A stretch of 64,000 bases of DNA from Curvularia clavata (Eukaryota): NCBI GenBank assembly GCA_023920165.1, contig CP089277.1, positions 3,286,001 to 3,350,000 on the forward strand. The letters run 5' to 3'. Positions 1 through 12,656 of the stretch are shown here, piece by piece (position 1 is the stretch's first letter; each line of letters begins with the position of its first letter). Below the pieces are notes generated by a model, which was given only the letters and a program-made list of their open reading frames with translations, made no database searches and was not told the DNA's origin. A program made the translations under genes and the position numbers.

Positions 1-1
1 G

Positions 2-1099
2 GGCTCCTTTCTACGCCCAAAGGCTGTCCTCGACGCGCGCACAAAAGCTGCCAACGGAGAAATCACTGCCGATGAGCTTCGCAAGGTCGAGGACGAGCAC
101 ATTGCCGATGTCACAAACAAGCAAATAGAGAATGGACTCCGCTCCATTACTGATGGCGAGTTCCGCCGCGCATACTTCCACCTCGACTTTCTCAAGCACC
201 TCGCTGGTATCGAAGAGAAGGGCCAAGTTGGAAACATCAGGCACAAGGACGGCTTCTCCCCGCCAACACTCGTCGTCACTGGCAAGCTCGGACACCCCGA
301 GGCTATCCAGGTCAAGGACTTTGAGTTCCTTGAGCAGGCCATTAAAAACAATGGAGGCAAGGCCACGACAAAGGTCTGCATTCCTTCGCCAACAATGGTG
401 CACTTCCGTGGTGGCCGCGCCTCTATCGATATTTCCGCCTACCCAGACCTAGACGTCTTCTTCGACGACCTCGCGCGCGTATACCAGGAGGAGCTCGACT
501 CACTGTACAAGGCCGGCTGCCGCTTCGTCCAGCTCGACGACACCAACCTCGCCTACCTTTGCGACCCCGACATGCGCAAGGCCGCCGAGACTGAACGCAA
601 CGAAGACCTCAGCACGCTTCCCAGGAAATACGCCGAGCTCATCAACAAGGCCATTGAGAAGAGGCCCGCAGATATGAAGATTGGTATCCATCTTTGCCGT
701 GGCAACTACCGCTCCAAGTGGTTTGCCTCTGGAGGCTATGAGCCCGTGGCTGAGGTCCTCTTCAAGGAGCTCAACGTCGACGCCTACTTCCTTGAGTACG
801 ACGACGCCCGCTCTGGAGACTTCAGCCCGCTCCGCCACCTCCCTGAGCACAAGGTTGTCGTGCTGGGCGTCATGTCGAGCAAGAAGAACACCTTGGATGA
901 CAAGGACGAGATCATCAAGAGGCTGCATGAAGCGGCCAAGATTGCACCAAAGGGACTCGACCAGCTGTGTGTTAGCCACCAGTGCGGCTTCAGTTCTACC
1001 GCCGAGGGCAATGAATTGACAGAGGAGGAGCAGTGGGCCAAGGTCAGGCTCAACGTGGAGATTGCAAAGGCTGTCTGGGGCGAGGATATTAGCAAATAA
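2..1099 (+). CDS. Cobalamin-independent methionine synthase catalytic-core-like protein (UROD/MetE-like, YxjH type); 5' end lies outside the window
   Basis: Frame is open from base 2 (GSFLRPKAVLDAR...TDGEFRR) into the 395..1099 ORF. Zn-ligand motifs HLCRGN, LEYD and SHQCGF are present. No intron in the visible part. Confidence 0.88.
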   Translation, partial: GSFLRPKAVLDARTKAANGEITADELRKVEDEHIADVTNKQIENGLRSITDGEFRRAYFHLDFLKHLAGIEEKGQVGNIRHKDGFSPPTLVVTGKLGHPEAIQVKDFEFLEQAIKNNGGKATTKVCIPSPTMVHFRGGRASIDISAYPDLDVFFDDLARVYQEELDSLYKAGCRFVQLDDTNLAYLCDPDMRKAAETERNEDLSTLPRKYAELINKAIEKRPADMKIGIHLCRGNYRSKWFASGGYEPVAEVLFKELNVDAYFLEYDDARSGDFSPLRHLPEHKVVVLGVMSSKKNTLDDKDEIIKRLHEAAKIAPKGLDQLCVSHQCGFSSTAEGNELTEEEQWAKVRLNVEIAKAVWGEDISK

Positions 1100-4000
1100 A
1101 TATTTCCAAAGCATTGCTTGAAGCCTCGGCTTCATCGGCTGTCCCGTCCGGCATTATAAAAAGCTTGGCAGGTGTCAGGATCAAGGCGTTGTTGTCATTA
1201 CATTTGTTTTTCTCGGCATATCCACCCATTCTATATGGTGGAGAAAGCAAAGGGTGGGTGTTCCCCATACACGGTTTAGGATGGGAAAGAACATGTGCGA
1301 GTGGAGTTTGGCGCGATGACGGTCATGACCATCACGATCAACTGGTCTGGCCCCTTTTTACCCTTCCAGTTCTCTTCAACGAGTATTGGTGTCTGTGAGG
1401 GATCTACGAAGAGAAGAGAGAAGGAGAAGAAGGACATTAGAAAAAGTAAAAGAGGTTCAACCCCTCTCTTTTTCCCGGTACCTACATAAGTACCTTCCTA
1501 GCTTGTAGATTTTAACAAAAACAAGCATAAGAAGAAAATCAAAAATTACATAACTTTTTGCAAGTTCGCCACGTGCGGTTTTGTGCTTCTTTTTCCTCTC
1601 GTTCGCTCTGCGTGTCGTTTTTGGGGGAGACTATAGACGAGGCCAGAACAGCGACATGATGGAGTGTGTGAGTAAACGTTAAAACGTGTTCTCGGTTTGG
1701 TGGTCATGAGACCGGCATGTGGCGAAAGGTAAGATATACTTAGGTACGCGCTAGGTAGAGGTGAGCGATGGGTGAGCGATAGTTTCGACATGGGAAATTT
1801 GCCCCAGGGAGCGGAGGTTGTTGCAGTGCTTAGTTGATACTTCTGCTCTTTTTATAGGTAGTTACACCAGAAAATGGGAAATGAAAGGTTCGCGAGTATA
1901 TGGGTTGGGTGTGGGAAAGGAAGGGGTTCTGGGTATTACAGCTTATATAGATATACGCTAGATGTAAAGTATGGCCAGAAGGAATAAGGATGGGATGTAT
2001 ATTCTTGTATTGTGTATAGTCTATTTCAAATATCACCGCTCCTGGGTGGGATAAAAACCATATAAATCTGCAGATGATGCGTCGAGGGCCACTATTTGCT
2101 CGCCTGCAAGGTTTCTCTGTCTGATGTGTTGGTTGGCTCCCTCTGTTGGTGTTGATTTTCTAGTCTAGATTAAGGTCGAGCGGACCTTTGGGGCGTCGTG
2201 TCACCAAAACACCAGAACAGGGTTGTAGATGCAGAATGTAATGTCGGGAGTGTGGTGGATTTAAAGGTCGTGAAATACCAAAGGCAGAATTGAATAATTA
2301 GTTACACCCTTTAACAAGTACAATATATAAAATAAATAATTGTATTAGCAAAGGACGCAAGTAAGCATCGCATAGTGAGCAGTCACTTAGATTTGCTCTT
2401 CTTATCTATGTGAAGGATTTTGACTCTACAGTGAGCAAAATTCCCAAACTGGTCCGTTTCGATCAGTGGGAGGGCAAGAAAAGGACGATACGAAGAAGAG
2501 GGGGAAGGAAAGAAACCGAGCTTTCCGGCACGGCAAAAAGATGGACAACCTTTCGGGAGTATCTTTCGGGCCGATGCGGTCGGCTAACCTGTAGCGTCTT
2601 CGATAGTTACTCCTAAAGAAGCGAGATACCCAGATTATGTTGACTAGCACAGAATCGTGTAAGGGTTGTTCAAGGTGCGTGAATTTCTATGACAAACGGC
2701 TTGAAGGTGGCGTGAATATCGCCATTAGAAGCGAATCTTCACTTACTAACGCAAGCAGCATTCGTATTCCTCCTTCAAGCGACTGGGAAATGCGGGTGCG
2801 GCAGAGTCTCACAGTTCATAGGTTGTGTTTCTGGCCTTGCTCGCTTACAAGGCGTCGTAGTTTGTAGCACTAGGGCTGAACTTGGACCTGTATTTGACTG
2901 TACACCGATCATATTGTCATCCCGTCCTTACATCGGTGTACAACTAATAGTCCACTGGCCTGTGGTTCCTTAGTGTACTCTTAGTATGTTGCAACGTGAC
3001 CCATCTAGAACAGTAAATCTGTGATTTCCACGGCCAATTATTGTTCATTTTAAACTGCAGCAGTGTCTGTCTGCTACGCATATACTGGTGCTTATGGCTT
3101 CCTTGGCCGTAGCCCAAGCGATATCACGAATACAGTCTTAGCAAGTCCCTTGAAAAACAAAGACAAACATATTCGGGTCGGCCCTTCCGGCTCCAATACT
3201 GATCTTGAATGCGGAATTTCGGAAAAGACATAGGCAATAGCAGTTGAAGGGTGAGAGATGAGTGTAATATCGGCACTTCAAAAGAAGTAATGGCTTCTAC
3301 ACAATCGAGCTGAACAAGCCATGACGGCTGACACCTTCCCAAAGCAGATTAGAACCGGCTAATATGCACAACACCGTGCTTCCGCAGGGTCCCTGACATG
3401 CCGTCGGCTGTGTATTCCGCTGCGTTCTCATACATATCAACTTCAGATCATACTCTTAACTCAGGGAACTTCACCTTGTACCGAAACAGGACATGGTCAA
3501 AAGAAGTGGTGGTTGGGATGGACAAATAACGCCATACAACTCGCCAATACGGTGTGCGACGATCCAGGGGTGAACTCCGGTTCGACAACAGCATTTTGCT
3601 TTTTAGTCCTTGTTTAGCTTAACTGCGGCCTCGTACATATACATGTCGGACCGCCCTAGCGCGTAGGATTTTGTTTTGTTTGTATATTACATAGGCGTAA
3701 AGTAGCTGTGGCGAATGTGCTCATGGGACAGGAATCACAGCTCACTTCTATGCCAAAGGCGTTTTGGTTGTCCCTTTCCGTGCAGACCTTAGTGAGCTGC
3801 TAATTTGACCGGTGCCCCCTTGTGTTTACCGGCGAACGAGGTCTTATTGTGGTTCATGTGGAAAGGAGAGAGACGTCTAGAAGCCCCACGGCAGATGCAG
3901 CGAAATGCTTTTAAAATGGAGTTTAAGATTGCGATGTGCCCAGCTTGTTGTTGCACTCTTCCCTATGTAGACACGTATGACTAACTGTAATTGGTATCGA

Positions 4001-5358
4001 CGATCACTCAAGACGCTGACTCGCAGCGAAGATGGACGACTCAGCCTCGTCCGAATGGTCGGTGAACTGGCCTGGCTCTCCTGATTTGTCCATGCAGATC
4101 GCCAAGCCGCGAGCTAGACACGCAGCCACGATCTTTGGTGTCACTTTACCAACACCACTGACTTGGCGCTCCACATCTGCTTTTGGTCTGCTACTGCACA
4201 AAGGCTGTCATCTACATCCCTGGGCCTGCCGAAGTGCACCTGCTTGATGCTTTCGTCTTCGAGCAACAGCAAGGCGTCTCCGTGCTGGGGTTCCCTACGG
4301 AAAAAGCAACATCGAAAGCTCTTGGCCAGCGTTATGTTCAGCTCAATAGCTTCAGCCATGGGGTTCGGCCGCAGCCAGGGATCGACGTTCCGTCCCGTCC
4401 CGTAGCCATGGTCATAGCCACCTACAGCTTTAGGGCATGCCACATGACGTGTAGCACCATTCATCCTCCAGATTCAGCTAGAATGATACAGCGCGTCTTC
4501 ACGCTGTGATCCGTATCTGACCATAGTTTGTCCATTCTCAGCACCAGGGCAAGTTGACAGTGTGAGCGATTGGCACGATGTCCATGTTGCATCGCTGATC
4601 CGGGCGCCAACCGAGCATCGGCCTACATCGGGGATTGGCTAAGGGCCCGGGAAACTGCACGCCGAAGGGGTGAGAGGGCTAGGGTTTAGTGATCTTCCTG
4701 TCTATGCTCCAAGATCCACACCCAAAATTTCCTCACCGATCAGTCGTGTGGGGCTGCATCTCGAAGGGCTTTCAGTCCAACTCCTGTGCACTGGTGGCTT
4801 TAATCGTTGTGAGAGCTAGAATGAATGTGGAATTGATTTCTTCAAAAAACACGTTGCCTCGAAAGAAACAGCTGTCAGGATAGCCTAGCACAGTGCGAGC
4901 TTTGTTTTGCTGCATTATCACAAGATGAGATATCTTGATTTAAGTCCGATGACATCAGAACCATTACAGAAATCTCCTCTTGGCGGATACAAGCCTGGCA
5001 CCAATGCACCGAGCCGGAATAACAAACTCTAATATAAGTATTGTGAAGTGGCTGAAGGCGCTATGCGCAACTCCACTCTGCCATCTATACCAATACCACT
5101 ACTTCGCCAATGAGCGCCTTTGATTGGCGTCTCAACAGATGCACGGGCAGATCGACACGCCTAGTAGTCTTTGTCCTAGGAGATGGCAGTATGAATGTTG
5201 CCCAAGTCACCGTACAGATCTCCCTACCGCAATCTATAAAAGGCTTACGACTCTTGACAGAATCAACACACCATCCAGCTCCATCTTCACTCTTCACTAC
5301 CAGCTCTTCACTACTCTCTTCAATCTCAGAACCGAAAGCTTCTTTTACCACCGCAAAA

Positions 5359-6036
5359 ATGGTTGCCATCCGAAACCTATTCACTGCCGCTCTGGCCCTC
5401 GCTACTCCCATCGCTGCAGCTCTCACACCTGCTCAGGTGGCCGACAACATCAAGACGCTCACTTCAAAGAGCGCTGCCCTCCAAGCACCCGCTCAGAGCA
5501 TCACCATCATCAATGGTCCTCTCATCGTTATTGGCCAGGGCCCATTCCCTCAGATCATCGCAGGCTTCACCGATATCGTCAGCACTGCTACTGTGGCCAT
5601 TTCTCAGATGGAAGGTTCTTCTCCTGTCCCCGCAGGTGCTGATGCTGATCTCATCTTCGAGGCATTCCGTGAAGTGAGTATAACCTAGATTTGTGTCCTA
5701 AACACGCATACTAACCAAGTCCACAGTTTGTCCGCGTTCACCAGGTTCTCCTGAACATCCTCATTGGCAAAGCTGGTCTCTTCACCACTGTTCCCTTCAT
5801 CGGCCAGCCTGTCGCCGCTGTCCTCCGTCAGGTTGAGGCCGTTGTTGATGTAAGTAGAATACCCATCTCGGCTCAGAATCATCTACCTATTCGTATGCAT
5901 ACTAATGTTTGTCCTTCAGACCATCGCTTTCGGTCTCATCGACTCAGTCGAGTCCCGTGCTGCTGACCTCCAGAGCCAGGCTAACACTCTTGGCGCCACC
6001 CTTGATATCTGCATCAACTCTTACGAGGGTATTTGA
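5359..6036 (+). CDS. Small secreted protein resembling the UVI-1 (near-UV-inducible) family; 3 exons
   Basis: Signal peptide MVAIRNLFTAALALATPIAA. Introns 5674-5726 and 5850-5919 are GT..AG with CTAAC/CTAAT branch sites. The spliced product reads ...IFEAFRE-FVRVHQVLLNILIGKAGLF...AVVD-TIAFGLID...YEGI*. Family recalled from the GQGPFPQIIAGFTDIV and VHQxLLNILIGK motifs. Confidence 0.8.
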
Positions 6037-6670
6037 ACCTAAGCTCTTTCGAATAGTTTCGCCATGTTTCCACCACAGTCTAAAAGCAAAATGTGGAAAG
6101 CTTCAAAACGACGGTTCTGGAGGAAATTTAATGATGGAATGTGATGGCTCGAGACCTCTGTAATAGGTTGAGAGTGAAAAGGAATGGTTTCTTCAGCACA
6201 AGCCTTTCTGTTAAATAATTTCTTTGCTGCTTCTCTTGTCTATACACAGTCACTCTGTTTGCTTTAATCATGAATATATGCTTACTTCCTACGAGTCTTG
6301 TGCCATTGCTATATTGTCTTCAGTAATCGATACGAGTTAGCAGAACATGGAACCCTCTTTTAGCCAACCACAACATTCACATGAGCAGAATTACTAAGCG
6401 AGTAACTGCTTTCCACCCAACGCTTACTCCTTTTGTGTACCCATCCTGGCCTTTTCGTATCCTATTCCGCACCTAAACGCTATTCCCTGGACTGTAACTG
6501 CTTCTATTGACGCTGACAGCTAAGCGAAAGAAAGCCTACAACCTATGCACATTCTAAAACAGATAGTAAGTTGTCTACCAACATATGTGGTACTCTGCTC
6601 TAATCCAAGCAGCAAGGCTTTTCGTTCAGGAAAGCAACAGCAACAAATTTCTCATTTCTACAACAAACGT

Positions 6671-7709
6671 CTACACTACCAACTTGGCGTACTCATCACA
6701 AACCTCTATCAACTTCTTCTTCGTCCCAGGCTCATTAACACTATGCCCCGCATCGTCAATAAAATGCAGCTTACTCTCCGACCACTGCTTATGCAACTCC
6801 CAAGCCGTGATGGGAGGACAAACAACATCATACCTTCCCTGCACAATCGTTGTCGGAATGTGCCTTATTTTATCAATGTTCTCCTTCTTCAGTAATTGCC
6901 CCTCCTCCAACCACGCCTTTCCCGTAAAATAATGAATCTCAAGACGCGCATGAGCGACTAGATACGCCGGCTCCTTGAGCTTCTCCAACGCATTGGGATC
7001 GGGATATAGCGTGCTTATCGATCCTTCCCACGTGTTCCAGGCCGTGGCCGCGGGATGCGAGATAGCCGGGTCCTCGGACATAAGGCGTCTGTGGTAGTTG
7101 GCAATGTGGTCTGAGCGCTCTTCTTCAGGGAGAAAGTTTATAAAATCGTCCCAGCGATCTGGAAAGAGCATTGATGCGCCGCCTTGACAGTTTGTCCATT
7201 TGAGCTCCAGCTCGCGTACGGCGAAGATGCCGCGGAGGACGAGGCTGCCGACACTTGAGGGATGTGTCTGGGCGTAGGCCAGTGCCAGGGTGGAACCCCA
7301 GGATCCTCCAAAGACCATGTGCCATTTGGCGATCTGGAGGTGCTTGCGGAGGGCTTCAATGTCCGATACGAGATGCCAGGTTGTATTGTTGGTAGTATTA
7401 GCGTTAGGACGTGATTGGCCGCATCCTCTTTGGTCAAGTAGTATCACGTGATATTCTGAAGGGTCGAAAAAGACAGTGTTGCCTTTGGAACAATTGCCAC
7501 CCGGTCCACCATGCAGGTAAATGACTGTATAGAGTCAGCATATGGATCAGAAGAACATTTTAGAGAGCTTGTTTCTTGTACCTACCTGGTTTGCCATTCT
7601 TCTTGCCATACTGTTGGTAGTAGATCTCGTGGATTTCGTCGACGCGCAACCAGCCAACATTCCACGCATCTTCGTGTTGGTAGCTACGTATCTCGGATGA
7701 CTGTGCCAT
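6671..7709 (-). CDS. Proline iminopeptidase (alpha/beta hydrolase, S33); 2 exons
   Basis: Exon 1 MAQSSEIR...YGKKNGKP, intron 7525-7585, then VIYLHGGPGG, DQRGCG, GGSWG (nucleophile), GRYD and DAGH. Confidence 0.93.
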
Positions 7710-7973
7710 AGTGAATGATAGAGAGATGAAGATGAGATTCTTAATGCTACAATGCCGTGAGTAAATATACAGACAATTGATGCGAAGAGTCAGACCTAGG
7801 TGCAACTAATTACCCCGCTTGTGGCATAGTGGCCCCCACCGTGTGAAGAGCACCTTCCAAGATAGGTTACATTACGAAAGGCGAATACCAAAGAACTTCG
7901 GTTGTTGTATTACTTTACAAAAAGTTTTTGATCCTCCATCTAAAACTTTAACCGTGTTTAGGCAGACATTAAC

Positions 7974-9700
7974 CTAAAACTTGAACCCACCGCTCCTGGT
8001 ACTGAAGAGACCTTGAGGGTCGACGCTCTTCTGCAATGCCTTGAACTTTTCGTAATCACTGTAGCTTTGCAGAACAGGTTGATCATACATGGCGTCGTTC
8101 AGGAACAATGGCAGGTATGTGTCCTTGGGTATACCAGCTTCCTCCATCCACTGTGGCACGACTTCATCCAGCCAACTCGTCAATGTCCTCGCAATGTTAA
8201 AGGCCTTTTCGTCTTCTGACGGCAAGTTCCAAGCACCCTGAAAGATGAGAACAATGCGATCGGGGTCAGAAGCAGTGAGACCCATGGCATTACCGCCTTT
8301 GGACTCTGATTTCTTGCCAATCACCGAAGGAAGTGGCTGGAAATCAACACTAAACTGAATGCCGCTGACAACAGGCAGCGTGTTCAGAAATATGGCAGTG
8401 ACTTCAGCAAGCTTGTCACTAATCTCTTTGTACATCTGAGGACGAGAGGCAATGTAAGGAATGGTCTTGGTCTGTTAAATGGTTAGACTGTTGCTGAAAA
8501 CAAAAAGGTAGTTCACTTACGCGGAAGAAGGAACGAGCGTTCAAGGCACGGACCGGTTCGCCATTGGCTCTGAGCTGTATGCAGTTAGCAAACGAACATT
8601 ATCGTTGCACCGATGGTTTGAATTACCAGTTCAGAGTACTTTTGCCTCTTTGGCAGGCATGTCAAGTTAACGATGTCGAGAAATTTGGCAAAAGGACCCG
8701 ATGTAGGCGGCGAGGGGCCGTCGTAGAAGTAATACATGATTCTTAGCCTCGTGCCAACGCCGAGTACCAGGTCGGTAAAGATGATGGCAGCCTTGGGATC
8801 CTCGGCACCATGACCAGCAAAGTCATGCAATGCTGCATAGAGCTCATCTTCTTTGGTTACGTCGTATGTACAGGAACCGCCCCATACGTCGTCCATGTGA
8901 TGAACCTTGGCCTTGAATTGCGTAACGATGCCAAATTGGCCGCTACTCCCACGCATAGCTCGGGCGAGATCTGGGTGCGTTGCGGCATTAACGTTTACAA
9001 TGGAGCCATTGGCCATGACTGTCTCCCATTCAATGATGTTCTGTTACTTGTCAATAGTGTGCCTGAGTCACGTTGTTCGGCGACTGACGTCCGCGGCGAG
9101 GCCTTCTTGGGCACTAAGAAAAGAGAGACCTCCCCCTAACAGCAGTCCACCAACACCAACAAGGCCTGCATTGAGTCAGCCAATATTGTACAAATATGCA
9201 CGTACAGACATACCAAGCCTCCCACCAGCAATAGCCACTCCGCTCTTTTCAAGGTCACCTATAACGTCATTCCACTCCCCACCTGGACGAACATAGGCAA
9301 CATCTTCTTGTGCATCGTAGCTTGCCCCTACCAGGTCAGTCATGGTGATGAGAACACCATCCTGAATAGTCGTATGGTCTTTGTTGGGGTCATGGCCACC
9401 ACTACGAGTAGCGAAGCGGACAGTGGGGTACTTGTTCAAAAGTTTGACAACGATAGCAACATCCTGAGCAGAGTTTGACTGAACGATGCATGCCGGATTG
9501 ACACCACGAAGGTTAGTAGCCCAGTACTGTTGCGTCTCGTAGGCGTATTCTGCCGCTAGCAGTCCAGGAGTTAGGACTTTACCAGGCAAGGCATTGTTTG
9601 CTTCGTTGCATAATTTCGTGGTTGCATCCGAGGGGACACCATAAGCGACGTGAACGCCTAGCAGCAGGGCACCCAGCGCAAAGGATGAGAAACTGGCCAT
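7974..9700 (-). CDS. Secreted FAD-binding oxidoreductase (VAO/berberine-bridge-enzyme-like); multi-exon
   Basis: Signal peptide MASFSSFALGALLLG, RSGGH flavinylation motif, GVGGLLLGGG, RGSSGQFGIVT, and C-terminal FLNDA...KSVDPQGLF...GGFKF. Several short introns (e.g. 9166-9213) join the ORF-track pieces. Confidence 0.88.
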
Positions 9701-10637
9701 TGCAAATGACTTGGAGAAAAGGACCGAAAATGAGAAAGCAGTCTTGCGATTCTTGTGGGAAGGCTGAGGGAAACTCCCAACATACACCGGGGCATTATAT
9801 AATGTCAAGATCGACCTCGAATTTTAGATTGAGGAATGACTATCATCACCCTGGTCTGTCATAAAAAAGGAACTTGACCTCAACGGGACAAAGCAATTCC
9901 ATGGCTTGGGTACACGACATGAATGGGGGTTCTAGAGAGCGAAACCGTTAGTACCAATTGAGTGCTCAGAGTCGGTTTTAAGGAAGGATCTGCGTCGAAA
10001 TGGCGCCGAATACGAATCAGGCAGTGGACGATGCTGGATGCATGCTGCCATGAGGTCCGCATCGTGTGCTGAATGGGGTATTTAGCCTAGCTGCAGCAGC
10101 ACGCGAGTCCGTCGTGTAAGTGGATATGACGTGGAGGCTGACCTGAAGCATGCATGGCAATGAACATGACCTCGTCGCTGTAGTCAAGAGAGAGGAGGGC
10201 GATGGTCATGGCACCACGAGACGCTGGCTATTGACCTGAAATTTCTGGCACGAGAAGAAAACATGGCCATGTAGGGGTCAGCTCGCGGATGGCATGATGG
10301 GACAGATCGGCTCTGGGCATGATGGTGAGCAGAAGTGCCGAGCGGCTCGTCTATATTATGCACTTTGGGAAGTGGCTGAAAATAAGTATCGTGAGATGAT
10401 GACATGGCTGTGGAGAAGGGCTGCTTGGTACTTTAAGCTGACATGGGATACGAAGCCGTATGCATACGGACGGATCCCCGGGTCTCGGTTTCGGAGGAGG
10501 GGCGGCCCTAGCGTGGCTCGGTTGCTCCCTCCTGCCTAGCCCTGGAACCCAGTAGCCAGGGTAAACAAACATTGGCCAAAGCAACCAAGCCTCACCAACG
10601 TCGCGCTCACGCCCGACGCCGACAACCGATCATCGCC

Positions 10638-12656
10638 ATGGAGTCTCATAGCCTCAAGACTGCATCGACGTACATCAACAACCTGCTGCTGTCACGGGGG
10701 TTATTGCGCAATGGAAAGCCGATTGAGTTTGCCCACCCGTCCAGGGGAGAGGGCGGGAAGGAAGCCACCATGGCCCAGATTATTAACCTGATCCACGACT
10801 TGATATTGAAGCGCGATGTATGTTTGTCCCCAGGTCTTGTGAGGCGGCTTTCCTAACCCATATGTAGCGCGACCAAGAGTATCGCGAGTCGGTTGCAGAT
10901 ACATTGCGAACCTTACGTTCAGATGCGACGCGCCAGACGGCCGCCCTCGAGAAGCAATCCGCGCGCAATGACGACCTGACGCGGCAGCTCTCCCTCGCTC
11001 AAGCCTCAGAACAGTCGGCGCGCAAAGCTCTACATGCAGCCGAAGCGTCTGCGCGAAAATTGCGTGCCGAGATGCAACGACTCAAAACGACTGTGGACCA
11101 GATACGCACAACTTGTACCAACGACGTTCGAAAGCGCGACAGGGAAATCGTGAGGCTAAAGAGCCACTTGACAAGCCAGCAACGGGGCAACAAAACAGGC
11201 CTGGTCGGCGCAAGCATCACTATCAACCCAGGTACTACGGGTTTGGGCGGGACTACAAGCAGCGTGCGCGAGGATGTGCCCGACGTGGATGACCCGGAAT
11301 ACAGCTTGAAGCAGGAGACGACTGAATTTTTGACACAATTGAGTCAAAGCTTGAGCCAAGAGAATGACAATCTTATCGGACTTGTACGGAGCACACTTCT
11401 GACACTGAAAGAGCTCCAAGGCATGTCAGAACAAAACGCAAGAGACAATTCAGAAGAAGTGAGCGACAATGAAGACGAGGAGGATACACGACAACGTATG
11501 CTGCACACACTACCCACCAACTATGAATCCTTGGCAGATGATATGGACACGGTACTGGATAATCTGAAGAGTCTACTCACAAACCCCAATTTTGTCTCAG
11601 TGGAGGAGGTCGAGTTGCGCGAAGAGGAAATTCACAGGTTGCGCGCAGGCTGGGAAAAGATGGAGGCCCGGCTACGCGAATCCTTTATGCTCATGGATTC
11701 TTGGAGAAAGCGCATGACGAATGGTGATACCATCGACCTCGAGGAGCTTAGAATGGGCCTTGGGATTGGCCAAGGGCTAGACGCAGCCGACGGAGAAGGC
11801 TTCTCGAGCATTGAAGAAGAACAAGAAGAGGATGAAACCGCCAGTTCAGTCTTTGATGAAAGGGTGGATGACCCAGATTGCCAGCAAGAACATGAAGATG
11901 ATCAACGACAAACCGAGCATCTTCCTTCCCCAGAAGCAGACGACACTACTCCAAAGAAGAACAATGTCGACATGTTCAAGATCAAGCTGCATCCTAGCCT
12001 ACCAGCGCTACGAGAGTCCAATGGCAACAAGGCATTCGGTCGATCGCCCCGAAAAGTCGCCTTTTCGCCGTCCATACCTAACACGCCCTCTCAAGTAGAA
12101 GACGAGAATGCAGACGAGTCTGGGATTGACCTGGTCGGTGCGGAGAAGCCAATTCGTCCCAGCTCCACGGTCAAACCGCCTCATTCTGAAGAGCGAGTAT
12201 CAAGACGAAACACTCGAGATGAACGCACCCCCCGAAAGGTACGTGATGACCAGCTTGCCAGTCATATTATGAACATTGCCAGCCAAAGTCTGGTTTCCTT
12301 GTGCAACCCTTTTTGTTCTACAAGCCACGTGCAGTATTTCCATCATCAGACCACCTTTCTAACCTCGTAAGCAGGCTAGAAAACGCCTATCGAGTCCACG
12401 GGCGCACCCCGACGAACCGTCGCCGAAGCTAACGGTTCAAGAAAAACTACGTGACGCCTCGGAAGCAGCCGCTGCAGCCGAAGTTGAGAGGGTTGCCAGC
12501 CCCACCATGAAGAAAGATGATAGCGCCAGAGCATCCAAGGAGGACGCTGGCAAGCGCGCACCTAGGTCGCCCACCAGAACTAGGATTGCTGGTCGACCAC
12601 GAAGAAGAAAGAGCACTCTAACGGCGGAGGAGTTGGCCAATCTTTTAGGCTGTTGA
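10638..12656 (+). CDS. Afadin/alpha-actinin-binding (ADIP) family coiled-coil protein, TinA/Msd1-like spindle-pole-body protein; 3 exons
   Basis: N-terminus MESHSLKTASTYINNLLLSRGLLRNG followed by a long coiled coil. Introns 10818-10867 and 12239-12374. C-terminus RRRKSTLTAEELANLLGC*. Confidence 0.78.

Noticed and set aside
11..1135. Long minus-strand ORFs opposite the MetE-like gene, and similar shadows over the dehydrogenase, EsdC, ankyrin and SFP1 genes
   Set aside because: These are antisense or alternate-frame shadows of GC3-rich real genes and carry no motifs of their own.
3560..3600. GGTTCGAC resembling a tRNA T-loop
   Set aside because: The flanks do not form a T-stem, and there is no acceptor stem or D-arm.
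12239..12374. 136-nt intron starting with a box-C-like GTGATGA
   Set aside because: No CTGA D box near the 3' end, and the motif overlaps the splice donor region, so a C/D snoRNA is unsupported.
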